Source: Zootoca vivipara
Taxonomy: Eukaryota
Length of the DNA stretch: 64,000 nucleotides
NCBI RefSeq assembly: GCF_963506605.1
Contig: NC_083276.1
Coordinates: 82,150,001-82,214,000 of the forward strand
Reading direction: 5' to 3'
Made by a program: the position numbers and the translations under genes. Position 1 is the stretch's first letter. Each line of letters opens with the position of its first letter. This document shows positions 25,406 through 38,012 of this stretch, piece after piece. The notes below the pieces were generated by a model. The model was not told where the DNA came from. It saw nothing but the letters and a program-made list of their open reading frames with translations, and did no database searches.

Positions 25406-26539
25406 AAAAATGTTTTTCTTCAAAGATGCTTTGGCCACAGTGAAACCTGTCTTTTTCATCTGCTAACCTTGTAAAACAAGAATATTACTTTGAATGCCAT
25501 CAGCATTCTGAATTCAGAATAAATGTAGCCTCATAGAATCTGAAGCTGTTTAACACTTGCATTTGACATTATTTATTTCATTTATATCCCACTTTTTCTC
25601 CAAGATGCTCAAGGTGGCATCAGTATCCTGAATTCAGAAAGCACAGGTCAAAGTGGTTTTCTGCTTGTCCCATGAGTCTGAGTGGCTTTGCCATCATCCC
25701 AGCGCTTTCCTCTGGAAAGCCTGCTCTTTAGCACTAAATCGGAACCAACAACAATCTGTGAAGAACTCAATTGTCATTTGTTCCATTTCAGTGCTAAACC
25801 ATGGGTTTTCCTGGGGGAAAGTGGTGGGGCAAACGGAGGTGTGAATCAGCCCTTAATTTTGCCCTTGTAAAACTTAGCAGGGAGGAACATGGGGACAATA
25901 TTAGAATTCATTGGTAGCCTGTCATTGGCTCTGGGTGCACCTGCTGTTAACCTCCTTGCCTTCTGCCCTACCAGATCAAATGGGTGGAGGGAATAGCAAA
26001 CAATACATTCTTGTGGGGTGTAATACTGCAATGAATTGTTTTGCTGTAGTAGCACAAATGGTAATGTTTTCTGGAAGTGGATAACAAGGTGTTTGGAGCG
26101 ATAAAGTTCATACACCATTGATGCAAAACATTGACTTCCTTTTCAGCATTTGATAGATAATCCAGAACAGCCTTTACCAGGTCATGAGTATTATGGTGAC
26201 TTTGGGAGCATTTGTTTTATTCTTATTTTTGGTAAGGGTGAATGGAAAGCAGAAGGACAGAGAGCAACATAGGCTCGTAATCTTGCTCCAAGCCAACTTC
26301 CAGCATTTCTTCAAGTATTCCCAAAGCCATCTTAGATATTCTTTTCCAGCATGTTCAGGCATCTTCAGCCTCTGATATTTTTATGCTAGAAACCTCACCA
26401 ATCCCATATGTCTAGCTAGCCATGATGACCTTCTGCCAACTTTAATTTTTACATTAACCATGTAAATTAATTACATTTATTTTTTTCCTTTTCTTAGCTG
26501 CTCATTGAAAACTCTGCCCTTTTATCCATATATACCGTA

Positions 26540-26620
26540 TATAGAGAGATAGAGAGAGCTAGAGCTAGAGCTAGAGCTAGATAGATAGATATAGACATAG
26601 ACATAGACATATAGATATAT
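26540..26620. repeat. Compound microsatellite (GA/GAGCTA/GATA/GACATA)
   Basis: Seen directly. Confidence 0.85.
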
Positions 26621-26633
26621 AAAAAATCAATTT

Positions 26634-26874
26634 AAGAAGAAGAGCTTGGATTTTGTATCCCGCTTTATCACTACCCTAAGGAGTCTCAAAGTGCTAACAT
26701 TCTCCTTTCCCTTCCTCCCCCACAACAAACACTCTGTGAGGTGAGTGGGGCTGAGAGACTTCAGAGAAGTGTGACTAGCCCAAGGTCACCCAGCAGCTAC
26801 ATGTGGAGGAGCAGAGACAAACCCGGTTCCCCAGATTATGAGTCTACCGCTCTTAACCACTACACCACACCGGC
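26634..26874 (-). mobile_element. Squam3-type CORE SINE, near full length
   Basis: (CTT)n tail; CORE GTGACTAGCCCAAGGTCACCCAG; tRNA-like head GCCGGTGTGGTGTAGTGGTTAAGAGCG on the minus strand; a fragment also lies at 44529-44620. Confidence 0.85.
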
Positions 26875-28308
26875 ACATTTACAGACAAAAAATAAAAATA
26901 CAGACATTACACAGTTAAACCAAATCAAATCAAAGTTTATTGCATTAGCCATATAGCCATAGCACATATAAAAGATCAAACAGGCAACTGTCACACAACA
27001 ACACATAATACAACAAATACAACTATAACATTAAATATAATACAATGTTAAATATATATAATACACTTTTTTATAAAAAATATTCTTTTCTTTACAAATG
27101 CCAAAGTGCAAAACAACAAGCACCCACCCTCCCACCCTGAAATACCATGCAAACACATATTTATTACCTACCAGGTTTCCCCTTTAAGGCCTTAACTACA
27201 CATCTCACACATGCATAGGCTGGAAACAAAAGCTTCTTCTTCTTATGCTTAACCTTTTCTTTCCCCAAGCTTATAGGCATTAGCCTGACCCCAGAGACCC
27301 TTTTCCTCTTGCAGTGTCCCAAATGTCTATTTGCAAGCCAAACATGCATTTTAAATGTTTGGGAAGAAAAGAGGTTCAGTGCAAAACTCACTGGTTGATT
27401 TTCCTTAACAAATCATCCTCAATGGGTGGAAGGCAAGCAGGATCAGAATCAAGGTGAGTGGTTTGTAGGGGGGCTTTAAGTCTTTGCCCCATCATAGTCC
27501 CAATGAGAATCTACCCACACTTGCTATTTCTTCTTTCCCTTGATCCAACTTTGTGTTACCAGGGAAACCATGTGACAAATGTCATGTCAAACTTGGGTGC
27601 TTAATGAGGATTCGGAGCAGAGGAGCTGCAGGCAGGGAAAGGGCCAGGAAGCCCTGACCTTCTCTGGTCCAAATTTTCTCCCAAGGGAAAAACATCCATG
27701 GATTTTTGCTACACACATATATATTTAGTGTTCAGTCCCCTGCTTAATGCTAGTGCAGAGTTTGAAATTTAATTCAGTGAAGAATGACAAGATCACATTG
27801 AACTGAGTATATTTCTCTACTTCTTAGACCAGCATCCATTAGTCTACGTCCCTCTTCTTATATCACAATATTTATTAATTTGCTGTGAAATTCCTTTCTT
27901 AAACTCTTACCCATTTAGATATTAGCTGGTTCAACATTTAATGTACATGTCTACTCTGAAGTAAGGTTTCTCGAGCCCAGACAAGAGGGCACATAATTAC
28001 CACCTGGTTGAGCAGTCCTCAGTGGTAAGATGGTAGAAGAATCTTCACTTCGCTCCTTCCAGGGCATAAGGTGTATGGGAGCTGCTTTCCTGTCCTTTTC
28101 TTTCCCTATGATATATATATTTTTAAAATCCTTCCCACAAACATAAATGGGAGAGAAAACCACTATTCTACCTCCAGGGCTCAGAGAGTTTCATGCTGTT
28201 TGGGGACCTTTTCAACAGTCTTTGCCAACACACTTGCTTTCATGAATTCCCCAAACAAAAATGGATGGAAATAGCAACTTTTCTGCAACAAAACCGAATA
28301 ACTGCATA

Positions 28309-29241
28309 TCAGGAGAAATGTTTCACCCTGAGCACCCTCTTGACTGCGTATTTCACATCTTTGTTTCTTAGGCTGTAGATCAAGGGGTTTAACATGGGGA
28401 TCAGCACAGTGTAGAACATGGAGACAATCTTGTCTTCATCTTCTGTGGAGTCAGAACTGGGCCGGACATATATGAAGAAGAGGCTCCCAAAGAAAAGTGA
28501 GACAGCGGTGAGGTGGGAAAAGCAGGTAGAGAAAGCCTTGTGCCTCCCTTCACTGGAACGGATCCTCAAGGTGGCTGCAAGGATGTAGATGTAAGAGATG
28601 ATGACAATTAAGCCACTGACTGTTCCAAACATGAAGGAGAGACCAAAAAGCACCATCATGTTGAAACTTGTGTCAGAGCAAGAGAGCGATATGACTGCAG
28701 GGATGTCACAGAAGAAATGGTTGATTGTGGACTTGCAGAAAGTTAATTGGAAAGTTAAGCTGGTATGTGTCGTCGCATTTAGTAGCCCTGCAAGATAGGG
28801 TCCAACCATCAGCTGGGCACAAATTTTCTTGGACATAATGACTGTATAGAGAAGAGGCTTGGAAATAGCTACGTACCGATCATAAGCCATGGCTGCCAAA
28901 ATGAAACACTCAGTGGCCACAAAGACACAAAACATAGCCATCTGTGCTGCACATCCAGGCAAGGAAATGCTTTTGCTTTTCACGACAAAATCCATCAACA
29001 TCTTAGGGGTGACAACGGAAGCATAGCAGAGGTCCACAAAGGACAGCTGGCTGAGGAAGAAGTACATGGGGGTGTGAAGTCGAGAATCGATCCTGATTAA
29101 TAGGATCATCCCAAGATTTCCCACAATGGTGATGAGGTAGACTACAAGGAAGAATACGAAAAGCAAGATTTTCAGCTCTGGTGAGTCAGTGAAGCCCAAA
29201 AGTATGAACTCATATATGGTGCTGTGATTTTCCCTTGACAT
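28309..29241 (-). CDS. Olfactory receptor, class II (family 5/8/9-like), 310 aa
   Basis: Intact ORF with all OR motifs; acceptor AG at 29254-29253. Confidence 0.95.
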   Translation of the reverse strand: MSRENHSTIYEFILLGFTDSPELKILLFVFFLVVYLITIVGNLGMILLIRIDSRLHTPMYFFLSQLSFVDLCYASVVTPKMLMDFVVKSKSISLPGCAAQMAMFCVFVATECFILAAMAYDRYVAISKPLLYTVIMSKKICAQLMVGPYLAGLLNATTHTSLTFQLTFCKSTINHFFCDIPAVISLSCSDTSFNMMVLFGLSFMFGTVSGLIVIISYIYILAATLRIRSSEGRHKAFSTCFSHLTAVSLFFGSLFFIYVRPSSDSTEDEDKIVSMFYTVLIPMLNPLIYSLRNKDVKYAVKRVLRVKHFS

Positions 29242-29941
29242 GCTTTTTAATTCTGTAGAGAATGTAGAGAAGAAAAGACAAGCAATTTCTGTAACATAAA
29301 CTCAAGTTTGTATCACTGAAAACTCTGCATCCTTGTATCCTGCTGGCTATCGTGCTTCCTGTGGTTATGCCTGTGCTGATCCAAGACATTTTGTTGCCTG
29401 AGGCAAACTAGAAAATGCTCTTCCAGTCATTGAACTAGGACTAGGACACTGAACAGTAAGCAGATGATAACTACCACCCCCATTTGTTTAGTTTTGTTGA
29501 GTGTTGAGCATACATCGAGCAGAAGGTTTGAGTCAGTGACTTCCAAAGTCTGTGCCAACCCTAAAATGATTTGATTTTGGGCTTCCGGTTTTGCTCTGTC
29601 TTAATGATAATTGAGGATAATTATCCATGTAAATTTCCCCCAGAGATGGGGGTGGGATGGGCTTCACTCTCATTTTGTCTCGGTACCTGGTTCTGGAATG
29701 TGGGAGTCGGTGGCACGGAGTACAAAAGCACTTTGCCTGCCAAAAACCCTCCAACACCACCATTAAGAAACAGAGGTTCTCCTGTTAATTAGAGCTAAAG
29801 TACAGGCATGTGCTGGAAGAGATGATATCACAAACTGTGGAACAAACCAACTGCAAGGACTTTAAGGTTTGAACTTGAGATAAGACTTCGTTCAGTGCAA
29901 AAGACAGTGGCGGGGGGAGCCTACGGTTTCTTTATTTAAAG

Positions 29942-30077
29942 AAGGCATCCCCAAACTTCGGCCCTCCAGATGTTTTGGACTACAGTTCCCATCATCCCTG
30001 ACCACTGGTCCTGTTAGCTAGGGATCATGGGAGTTGTAGGCCAAAACATCTGGAGGGCCGCAGTTTGGGGATGCCTG
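29942..30077. mobile_element. 136-bp hAT (Charlie-like) MITE
   Basis: Same family as 17375; perfect TSD ATTTAAAG. Confidence 0.92.
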
Positions 30078-31781
30078 ATTTAAAGTTTTCTTCTCTACAT
30101 TTATAATTTGGCAACCCTCTTCTGAATGTTAGTTCAAATTATATTTGTAGAAGCAAGGATGGAAGAAATTGGAATTTAAACATGGAATACAACATCAAAC
30201 TGAACTATGTGTGTAAAAAAAAGGAAAAAGGGAGGGAAGCTATATTTTGCAAAAGGTTTACTATGGAAACTGAGAGCTGACTCTTCCCCATCCTTTATTA
30301 TTTACAAAGTGAACTGAATAACACTTAGAGGACTTGGAATTTAATTCAATTGAAATGATAATTGCTCACAGATCTTCAGCTGGAAGGAAGGATGAAAGGG
30401 TCTGTGAACTGCCAAGGAACTGATAGGGCTCTTTATTGAGTCATTTGCAGTTTGACAGATGGCTTTTCTTCCTAGGCTGAGAGGAAAAATGGTAACAACA
30501 GGTAATATTTACTGGGACAGAGTGACTTTTGCAGCTGTTGTTAAAGTTGCAAAAAAAACGGAGCACGGGACAAAGCAAAAGAGAAATTTGTGGAACAGCA
30601 ATGGGATATCAGTTCCACCCAAATCATGGCAGATAACAGCAACAACAGGGGGGAAGAAAGACATCTTATAAGGACAGGAAGAAACACCACAGACAGAATA
30701 ATTGCCACACACAGGAAGAACAAGCATATAGTTTGAGTTCCTCACTTGTAGTTTTATAAATCATTTAATGTGCCAACACAAATAGACATTATTAATATTG
30801 TAGTTGTTGTATGAGGGATTATTATTATGACTGGAATGTAATTGAAAGTAATAAGATTTTGGAATGCAGAGATAAAGAAATTAATCAACTAATCAAATCT
30901 AGCATGCGGGACCCCCACTTTATCTAAATTATACAATTCGGTATTTGAATGATTGGTATTAACAATTGTATTATAAATTGGTATTGTTATAATGAGGCTA
31001 TTATTGGACTGTAATTGAAAACTAATAAAAACATTATTTTTTAAAAAAATAAAGTGATATGATTCTAATCTGAGCAAGAGCCCCTAATTATTACAATTTA
31101 ATGGTACTAGTGTAATAGTGTGGATTTTTACTCAGGTGAACTTACTGTATGTTCAGTGGAACATACTCATGGGAAAGTGTTCATGGGATTCATTTGTTTG
31201 TGGAGGTTAAAAAACCCATGGCCCAACCCCCAAGCGTAGCCTTCAGTCCTGAAACAAACATCAGTGGGAATGACAATATTTAAAATAAAAATGAAGCCAC
31301 TCTCTTTTTTCCACTGCTGCCTCCTCCTACCCCCACCCTTCAGCACTTTCCTTCCCTCAGCCAGTGTCCCTTCCAGGCTCTGCCTGATTTATGTGTGCTT
31401 CCTACGTCAGGTAGCTAGTCAGGATGAGAGGGAGGAGGTGAGCTAGGATCCTAATCTGCCTTCCCTCCCAAATCTGCCACTCAAGTGCCCACCTCATTGT
31501 AGAGCAGTCTCTGGGCTATATGCAAAATTGTAACTTTAGGGGGAATCTTCTGGATACTGATTCAGCATTCAGAATCAATGACTAGGCAAAGTTTGCAGTT
31601 TTGTCACCCTTTATCTGTTATGAAGCCAATAAATAATATTTTCTGCGCTTTGTCTGCTTGTTAGTGGCATGCAGGAAGGATGAAAATAACTTCTGACCTC
31701 CACCTGATGATGATCCTCCAAATTGCCCCTTCCTGACATAATGCTATGTACAGTATAAACCAGAAATTATTAAGAGAGCCT

Positions 31782-32020
31782 ACCATTGTCCTGATGGCTT
31801 TGCTGCAGTTTAATTCCTTCATCCATCATCTATTCTGAAACTATTTCCGCAAACATATGCTTCTTCAGCTGAAATTCTGCAAAGCGCTCCTGCTTCTATC
31901 ACTGAAGTAGTATCTACAGGGATGATATAACCAATGGTCTGCCATAAAGGGATACCTCATTATGGGAATTTGGTCTCTCTGAAGAATTTGAAAGCTCTAG
32001 TGGCAATTGCAATTAGCTGT
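31782..32020 (-). promoter_or_regulatory. Candidate non-coding first exon and promoter of OR 28309-29241
   Basis: Block conserved with 39345-39560; donor GTAGGC at 31783; upstream O/E-like GGGA half-sites and CTAATTG. Confidence 0.4.
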
Positions 32021-32719
32021 GGGGCAATTTTCTCTGGTTGCTATTGAAGGACTGGGATGAAATTTTCTTGCGTTTTGTCTTCCCTGTAGCAATTTGTCAC
32101 AATTTTGGCAGTTTATGGCGTAGGGTGTAATTCTTTAGTCTTTTCTTCCCTATAATGGGGGTGTGGGCATGAAGTGGTGACTCACCCCCCTGTGTCGGCG
32201 ATTCCAGGATCCTCTCTTAAAAGGGGTTCTATATGTTAGGAGTCGTCCTACACACAAGTAAAGTCCTACACTCTTGGTAAAGACACGTGCCCGACTGGCA
32301 TGTTCTTTCCCTCCTGGTCGATCGTTCGGGAGCTTCAAAAGCTTTCTTCAGCCTGAACACCACAGTGACTGATGCCAAGAAACATCAGCACACTCAGGGA
32401 TCCGCAGAGTCTTCGCAGTTTGCTTACAGACCTCAGCAACTCAGCATTTTGCCTAATCTACGTTTATTTACATATAATACACTCGGAGCACTGCAACATG
32501 GCTCCCTCCCCCTCTAGCATCAGACAGCAAAGAGAAAGAACAAAGGACAACAGTCCCACTCCACGGAACACAGTAACACAAACATCCTGTCTCCATTACT
32601 TCCCACTCTGTGGAATTAAAAACATATACAATCATGATAGACAACAATCCCATGACTGCAGACATGGGGAATGAATCTTCAACAACATAATGGGTGTCAC
32701 TGGCCATACATTTAAAAGT

Positions 32720-33003
32720 TGTCAGTGAACTACCCTATGTGCAGGGATATGGGCTGGGCTGCCTGCATACATATACGTCTCGCAGTGCACCCCCATATCC
32801 CATTTACCCTGATGTGCTCCAGTTCCCCCGACTGAGGGGCTGGGAGGGATGCACGCCCAAGGCCTAAGCCAAGGTCTTCCTACATTCAGAAGTTTAATAA
32901 AGTTGTGGCCTAATTTTAATTCCATAACACGTTGTCAGAGTCTTTATTCCTTTCTTATGATCCCTGGGGGCTGGAGCTGTCGTGGCTTGGTCACTCACGC
33001 AAA
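32720..33003 (+). mobile_element. Ngaro/DIRS-like 3' terminal fragment
   Basis: CCAAGGCCTAAGCCAA...AATAAAGTTGTGGCC (32896-32910), as in 58990-59044. Confidence 0.55.
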
Positions 33004-33449
33004 GTTACTGTGGGGATTAAATGAGGGGAGAACTTCTTGGAGAAAAGGTGGGATATAAATGCCATTATTATTATTATTATCATTATTTTCAGAGAGTTGG
33101 AGGATTTCTTGGTAGTTTTTAATATTAGTATTATTGACACATTTCTTAACCTTCCCCAAGGGGAGCAGTGCAAAGTGCAATTTTGTGACTAACAACTGTA
33201 GATTCTAATCAGGAAATGACATTATCAGAGCTCTCTTTTTTACTTCCAACCACAGTGCTTTGGGGAGGAAGTAGAAAGAACACTTCAAACAGCAATCCTA
33301 TTAACACAACTGGAAATAAGTCCCATTAAACCTGGGGGCGGGGGGACTTACTTATAGGTAGGCATGCATAGTCTGGTGCTGTCAGTGCCGTCTCTGCTCT
33401 TTGCTTGTTGACTGCCAAGCCAAAAATGATGGTCCCCAGTGCCAGCCCC

Positions 33450-33648
33450 CAGGGCCGTCTTGAGCAGATCGCGCGCCCTGGTGCTGAGGGGCGGAGATCT
33501 CTCCGCCGCCCGCCCTGCCCTCACAGGCCGCAATTGGTTTCCGCGTGGCAAAGCCGCGTGGCGCCCTCCTTTCCGGGCCGGCACCCAGCTTACCAGCCCC
33601 GCGCCATGGTGCACCGCGCCACCGGGGGTCTATGAAGAGCCGGTCCTG
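33450..33648. mobile_element. GC/CpG-rich hAT MITE (CAGGGCCG termini)
   Basis: TIRs CAGGGCCGTCT / AGCCGGTCCTG; perfect TSD CCAGCCCC. Confidence 0.9.
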
Positions 33649-33822
33649 CCAGCCCCCTCCTCTCTGGTCACTCCCCTATGGCCTTTCAGTTGGAAAGAAT
33701 ATGTGGACAGTGACTGGCTGGACATTACTGCTTGAAGATTTTATTGTGATGAAATTGTGGCTGCATCTAAGGAGGAGAACTATGTATACCACCTTGAGAT
33801 CCTTGGAAGATAAAGGGGGCAT

Positions 33823-33823
<1 letters not shown>

Positions 33824-33888
<65 letters not shown>
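33824..33888. repeat. (GAAA)n microsatellite
   Basis: Seen directly. Confidence 0.95.
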
Positions 33889-33889
<1 letters not shown>

Positions 33890-33954
33890 TTGTCATGGAC
33901 AGCACTTTGGCTCAGCACCATCATCTCTACCTGCCATATTTCTCCTCTGAACTG

Positions 33955-34650
33955 NNNNNNNNNNNNNNNNNNNNNNNNNNNNNNNNNNNNNNNNNNNNNN
34001 NNNNNNNNNNNNNNNNNNNNNNNNNNNNNNNNNNNNNNNNNNNNNNNNNNNNNNNNNNNNNNNNNNNNNNNNNNNNNNNNNNNNNNNNTTTTTTCTGGGG
34101 GGACGACGCAGGGGGACATATACCCCTAAACATTTTGTGAATCTTTGTACTTTTGTCCATTTCCTGTATTTATTTTTCCTGATTTCGACTATAAAATGGT
34201 GATTTTCTTGAGTTGAAACATTTGAGTCATTTAAACATTTNNNNNNNNNNNNNNNNNNNNNNNNNNNNNNNNNNNNNNNNNNNNNNNNNNNNNNNNNNNN
34301 NNNNNNNNNNNNNNNNNNNNNNNNNNNNNNNNNNNNNNNNNNNNNNNNNNNNNNNNNNNNNNNNNNNNNNNNNNNNNNNNNNNNNNNNNNNNNNNNNNNN
34401 NNNNNNNNNNNNNNNNNNNNNNNNNNNNNNNNNNNNNNNNNNNNNNNNNNNNNNNNNNNNNNNNNNNNNNNNNNNNNNNNNNNNNNNNNNNNNNNNNNNN
34501 NNNNNNNNNNNNNNNNNNNNNNNNNNNNNNNNNNNNNNNNNNNNNNNNNNNNNNNNNNNNNNNNNNNNNNNNNNNNNNNNNNNNNNNNNNNNNNNNNNNN
34601 NNNNNNNNNNNNNNNNNNNNNNNNNNNNNNNNNNNNNNNNNNNNNNNNNN
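33955..34650. other. Two assembly gaps (N 33955-34087 and 34241-34650)
   Basis: Runs of N. Confidence 1.
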
Positions 34651-34884
34651 ACTAGTCCATGTATGAGTGGGTATTTTTTTTGTCTCACTGCTTTCCCTGG
34701 GAAAACCCATGCTTTATTGCTGAATCACAACAGACTGCAATCAGGTTTTCCATGGATTAGATCAATATTTACTACGAAATCCCAAAGGATCCATTCTTTT
34801 AGTTACTTGAGCTTAGTGACTTACCAGAGAAAAGAATCTAGCACTATATATGCCTTTTTATTCTATAATAAAATTCACCCCCAA

Positions 34885-35207
34885 CCTGCTCAGTCGCCTC
34901 ACTGCACCTGTCATTTCTTTGTTTCTGAAGCTGCAGATCAAAGTGTTTAACTTGGGGATCATAACTGTGTAGAACATAGAGACCATCTTGTCCTCATCAA
35001 CTGAAGACCTGCCTGAAGACATATAAAGAAGAGAGTCCCATAAAAGAAAGACACAACTGTGAGATGGATTGAGCTGAGAGAGAAAGCTTTGTGCTTGTTC
35101 TCGTTGCAGCATATTCTCAGGACAGCCATGAGGATATAGTAATTATAGGTGACAATGACAACCGAAGTACTCAGAGTGCTGAAGGTACAAGACAGACCAA
35201 GAAGCAC
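34885..35207 (-). pseudogene. OR pseudogene fragment (TM5-TM7)
   Basis: Frameshifted pieces LLGLSCTFSTLS...[19 protein letters not shown] and [32 protein letters not shown]; the 5' two-thirds is absent. Confidence 0.85.
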
Positions 35208-35418
35208 TCTCTGGTTCCTGAAAAGGAGAGTGCAAACTGTGCAAAATCAGCACAAAAGGATTACTCATCAGTAGAAGAGCAGTGAGCCACCTGTGCTGAT
35301 GTCTCTGTACCTGCTTAACTCTTTCCTCACTGACAACTTGCATGCTTTAACCTGCCCCCTGTGACTCTTTTCCTCTAGCAGGGTTAAATGTATATTTGGA
35401 AGCCAAGCATGCATTTGA

Positions 35419-36647
35419 TTTTTTTTTAAATATATTTTTATTAATTTTCCAATTAAAACCAATTATATCACATTCATTATTTCAAATTATACACATATAT
35501 ATATCAATCAAACCGAATGTTATGCCAAATCATCTAGAGAATTTTTTATTTGGGTTCCCATGCTTCAAGAAATTGGGGATTCCTCGCAACCGTCCACTGC
35601 CGTCTTTTTTCTAAAGTTCAAATCGTCCTCCAAGTTCATAATAATCCAGATCTTCCCCTTACAGTCACATAGATGTTTTCCACTTTCAACCGATTGTTTC
35701 CCAGCTGCTGAGATAAATATCAAACAAGGTTTCACAAATGTTCTTTCTCCTGTGTGGGTTAATCAGTCCAGCCTCCCCATAAATCTTCTTCGTCTGGAGC
35801 TCCCTGTTGCGTCGAAGCAGCGCCATCTTAAAAAGCTCAAATCACTTTCGTTTTCTCTCATAGCCATGAAGATTAACGATCTTTATTAAATTTACAGCTT
35901 TTCCAGGCAGAAGACCCAAACATCAAACCATAATCTCTTGGTAAATTAATGGATCTCCTTGCCCTATAGCTGAACTTAGCTTCAGGTCGCTGCTCCAATT
36001 CAAAGTGCGTCACAGCTCATAAATCCTCCGAACGCGTCCAGGACTCCTTCTGTCCGACTAGGGGGGGGGGGCTTTTCTCATCGGCAACTCCACATCTTTA
36101 AAAAATATGCTCAGTAACAACAGTTTATAAAGTTCAACTCACACAGTCTTTTTGCTTCTCTTTCACTCCAAACAAGCCAGGACATCGCGTCTGGGAAGGT
36201 ACGAAGTAACTCATATGAAGAAAAATAAAAAAAAACTCAATTCCCTTATCGCTCCGTCCCCATCAATCCTTCTTCCAGATGATATACAGCCTTTGACTCC
36301 TCTCCCTCAGCAGCATAAATTTCTCAGCAGTAAACAGCGCTTCTTCCCCTCCTTCTGAAGTATGTCCATAGTTTTAAGCCTAATTATCTTCTTTAACCAT
36401 GGAAATCCCCGCCATGCAGATTAGCGTCCGGGAGTCCTGGCCCTCGTAAGTGCTTTTCAGCCCAAGCTCCCCCCACTCCATAAACAGTCGGAGTGGGTCT
36501 GGGGGCATCGCGGGCCAGCGGCCCCTCTCCGTAACCCCCGGAGAGGGTAGGGGGTTGCCATTTACTCCCCTAGCAACCGCCAAATTCCTTACGAAGGTCA
36601 GAGGGATGGAAAACAGTCCGCCATTCCTGCCGGCGGAAACCGGAACC
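35419..36647 (-). mobile_element. 5'-complete, polyadenylated, apparently non-coding L1-type retroposon (1.23 kb)
   Basis: 16-bp TSD CCAAGCATGCATTTGA (35403-35418, 36648-36663); AATAAA plus A-tail; GC-rich 5' end GGTTCCGGTTTCCGCCGGCAGGAATGGCGG; empty paralogous site near 27338-27355. Confidence 0.85.
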
Positions 36648-36700
36648 CCAAGCATGCATTTGAAATGTTTGAAGAAAAGAGGTTCAGGGTGAATCTAGAC

Positions 36701-36826
36701 CAGGGTTTCCCAACCTTGGGCCACCAGCTGTTTTTGGAGTACAAATCCCATCATCCCTAGCTAGCAGGACCAGTGGTCAGGGATGATGAGATGAGAATTG
36801 TAGTCCAAAACCAGCTGGAAACCCTG
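36701..36826. mobile_element. hAT (Charlie-like) MITE
   Basis: TIRs CAGGGTTTCC / GGAAACCCTG; perfect TSD ATCTAGAC. Confidence 0.9.
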
Positions 36827-37228
36827 ATCTAGACATTTGCTCCAGTGTGGTTGATATTCTTTTAACAAATAGCCATCACTGGACAGAGGGTGAGCAGGAT
36901 CACAATCACAGTAGAGGGTTGGTAGGGAGCTTTAAGCCTTTGCCCCATCATGGTCCCCATGAGAACCTCCCCTCTGCCCCACAAATGCTCTTTCTTCTCT
37001 CCCCCCACACTAGCTTTTTGTTAAAGAAAAATCAGCCACACCAGGGAAATCATCATGTGACAAAATTCATGTCATGTTTGGTCCTGAAGGAGGGTTTGGC
37101 GCGGAGGAGCAGCTAGGAAGCCTTGTTACTCCTTTGCTCTAAATTTAATCCCAGTTCTGGTGTTACCCAGGAAGGTGACCACCAGGCTTTTGCTGTATTT
37201 AGTGTGCAGTCCCCATCTGCTTAATGCT

Positions 37229-37274
37229 GTTGTTTAGTCGTTTAGTCGTGCCCGACTCTTCGTGACCCCATGGA
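37229..37274 (-). mobile_element. Bov-B 3' tail micro-insertion
   Basis: GTTGTTTAGTCGTTTAGTCGTG...CCATGGA with TSD CTTAATGCT; empty site at about 27743. Confidence 0.85.
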
Positions 37275-37694
37275 CTTAATGCTAGTGCAGAGCTTAATGC
37301 TAGTGCAGAGCAAAAATTTCAATTCAAGGAAGATGACCAAATCACATTGAATTTAGCATATTTCTCTGCTTCTTAGACCAGGATCCAATAATCTATGTCC
37401 CTCATTTTATATTGCAATATTTATTTATCTGCTGCAAAATTGCTTTTTAGAACTGTTAGCTATTTAGATATTAGCTTTGTAAACATTTAACAGTGCAGTT
37501 ATGTACATGTCTACTCTGAAGTAAGACTTCCTGAGCCCAGGGGATTGTGCACAGAATTACCACCTGGTTGAGTAGTTCTCAGGTGGTGGTGGTAAGATCC
37601 CTTATGGTAGAAGAATCTTCACTTCGCTCATTCCAGAGCAGAAGGTGTGGGGGAGAGGCTTTCATCTTATTTTCTGTCTCATTGTTTTTATCCC

Positions 37695-37833
37695 CAGGGT
37701 GAGGTAGACCCCCGGTGGCGCGGTGAGCTAGGGCGCCGGGCCGGTAATCATACTGCGCCCTGCGAGGGTGGGGGCACCGGAGCGATCTCCGCCCCTCAGC
37801 GCCAGGGTGGCCGACCTGCTTGAGACTGCCCTG
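37695..37833. mobile_element. GC-rich hAT MITE (family of 33450 and 63593)
   Basis: CAGGG...CCCTG ends; perfect TSD TTTATCCC. Confidence 0.9.
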
Positions 37834-38012
37834 TTTATCCCTCCCACTTATATAAATGGGAGAGAAAATCACAACCAGGGCTGGGATAGTTATATGCTCT
37901 GCAGAGGCATTTTTCAGTTTTCTCCGAAGCACTTCCTTTCATGAATTCCCCAAACATGAATGGATGAAAACATAAACTTTTCTTCAAAAAAATAAAATAA
38001 TAAAATTGCCTA

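Noticed and set aside
33894-33921. REST/RE1 half-sites GGACAGCAC and TCAGCACC
   Set aside because: Halves are in flipped order next to a gap and far from LRRC55; insufficient support.
33545-34950. Long ORFs containing X runs
   Set aside because: Artefacts of N gaps and a microsatellite.
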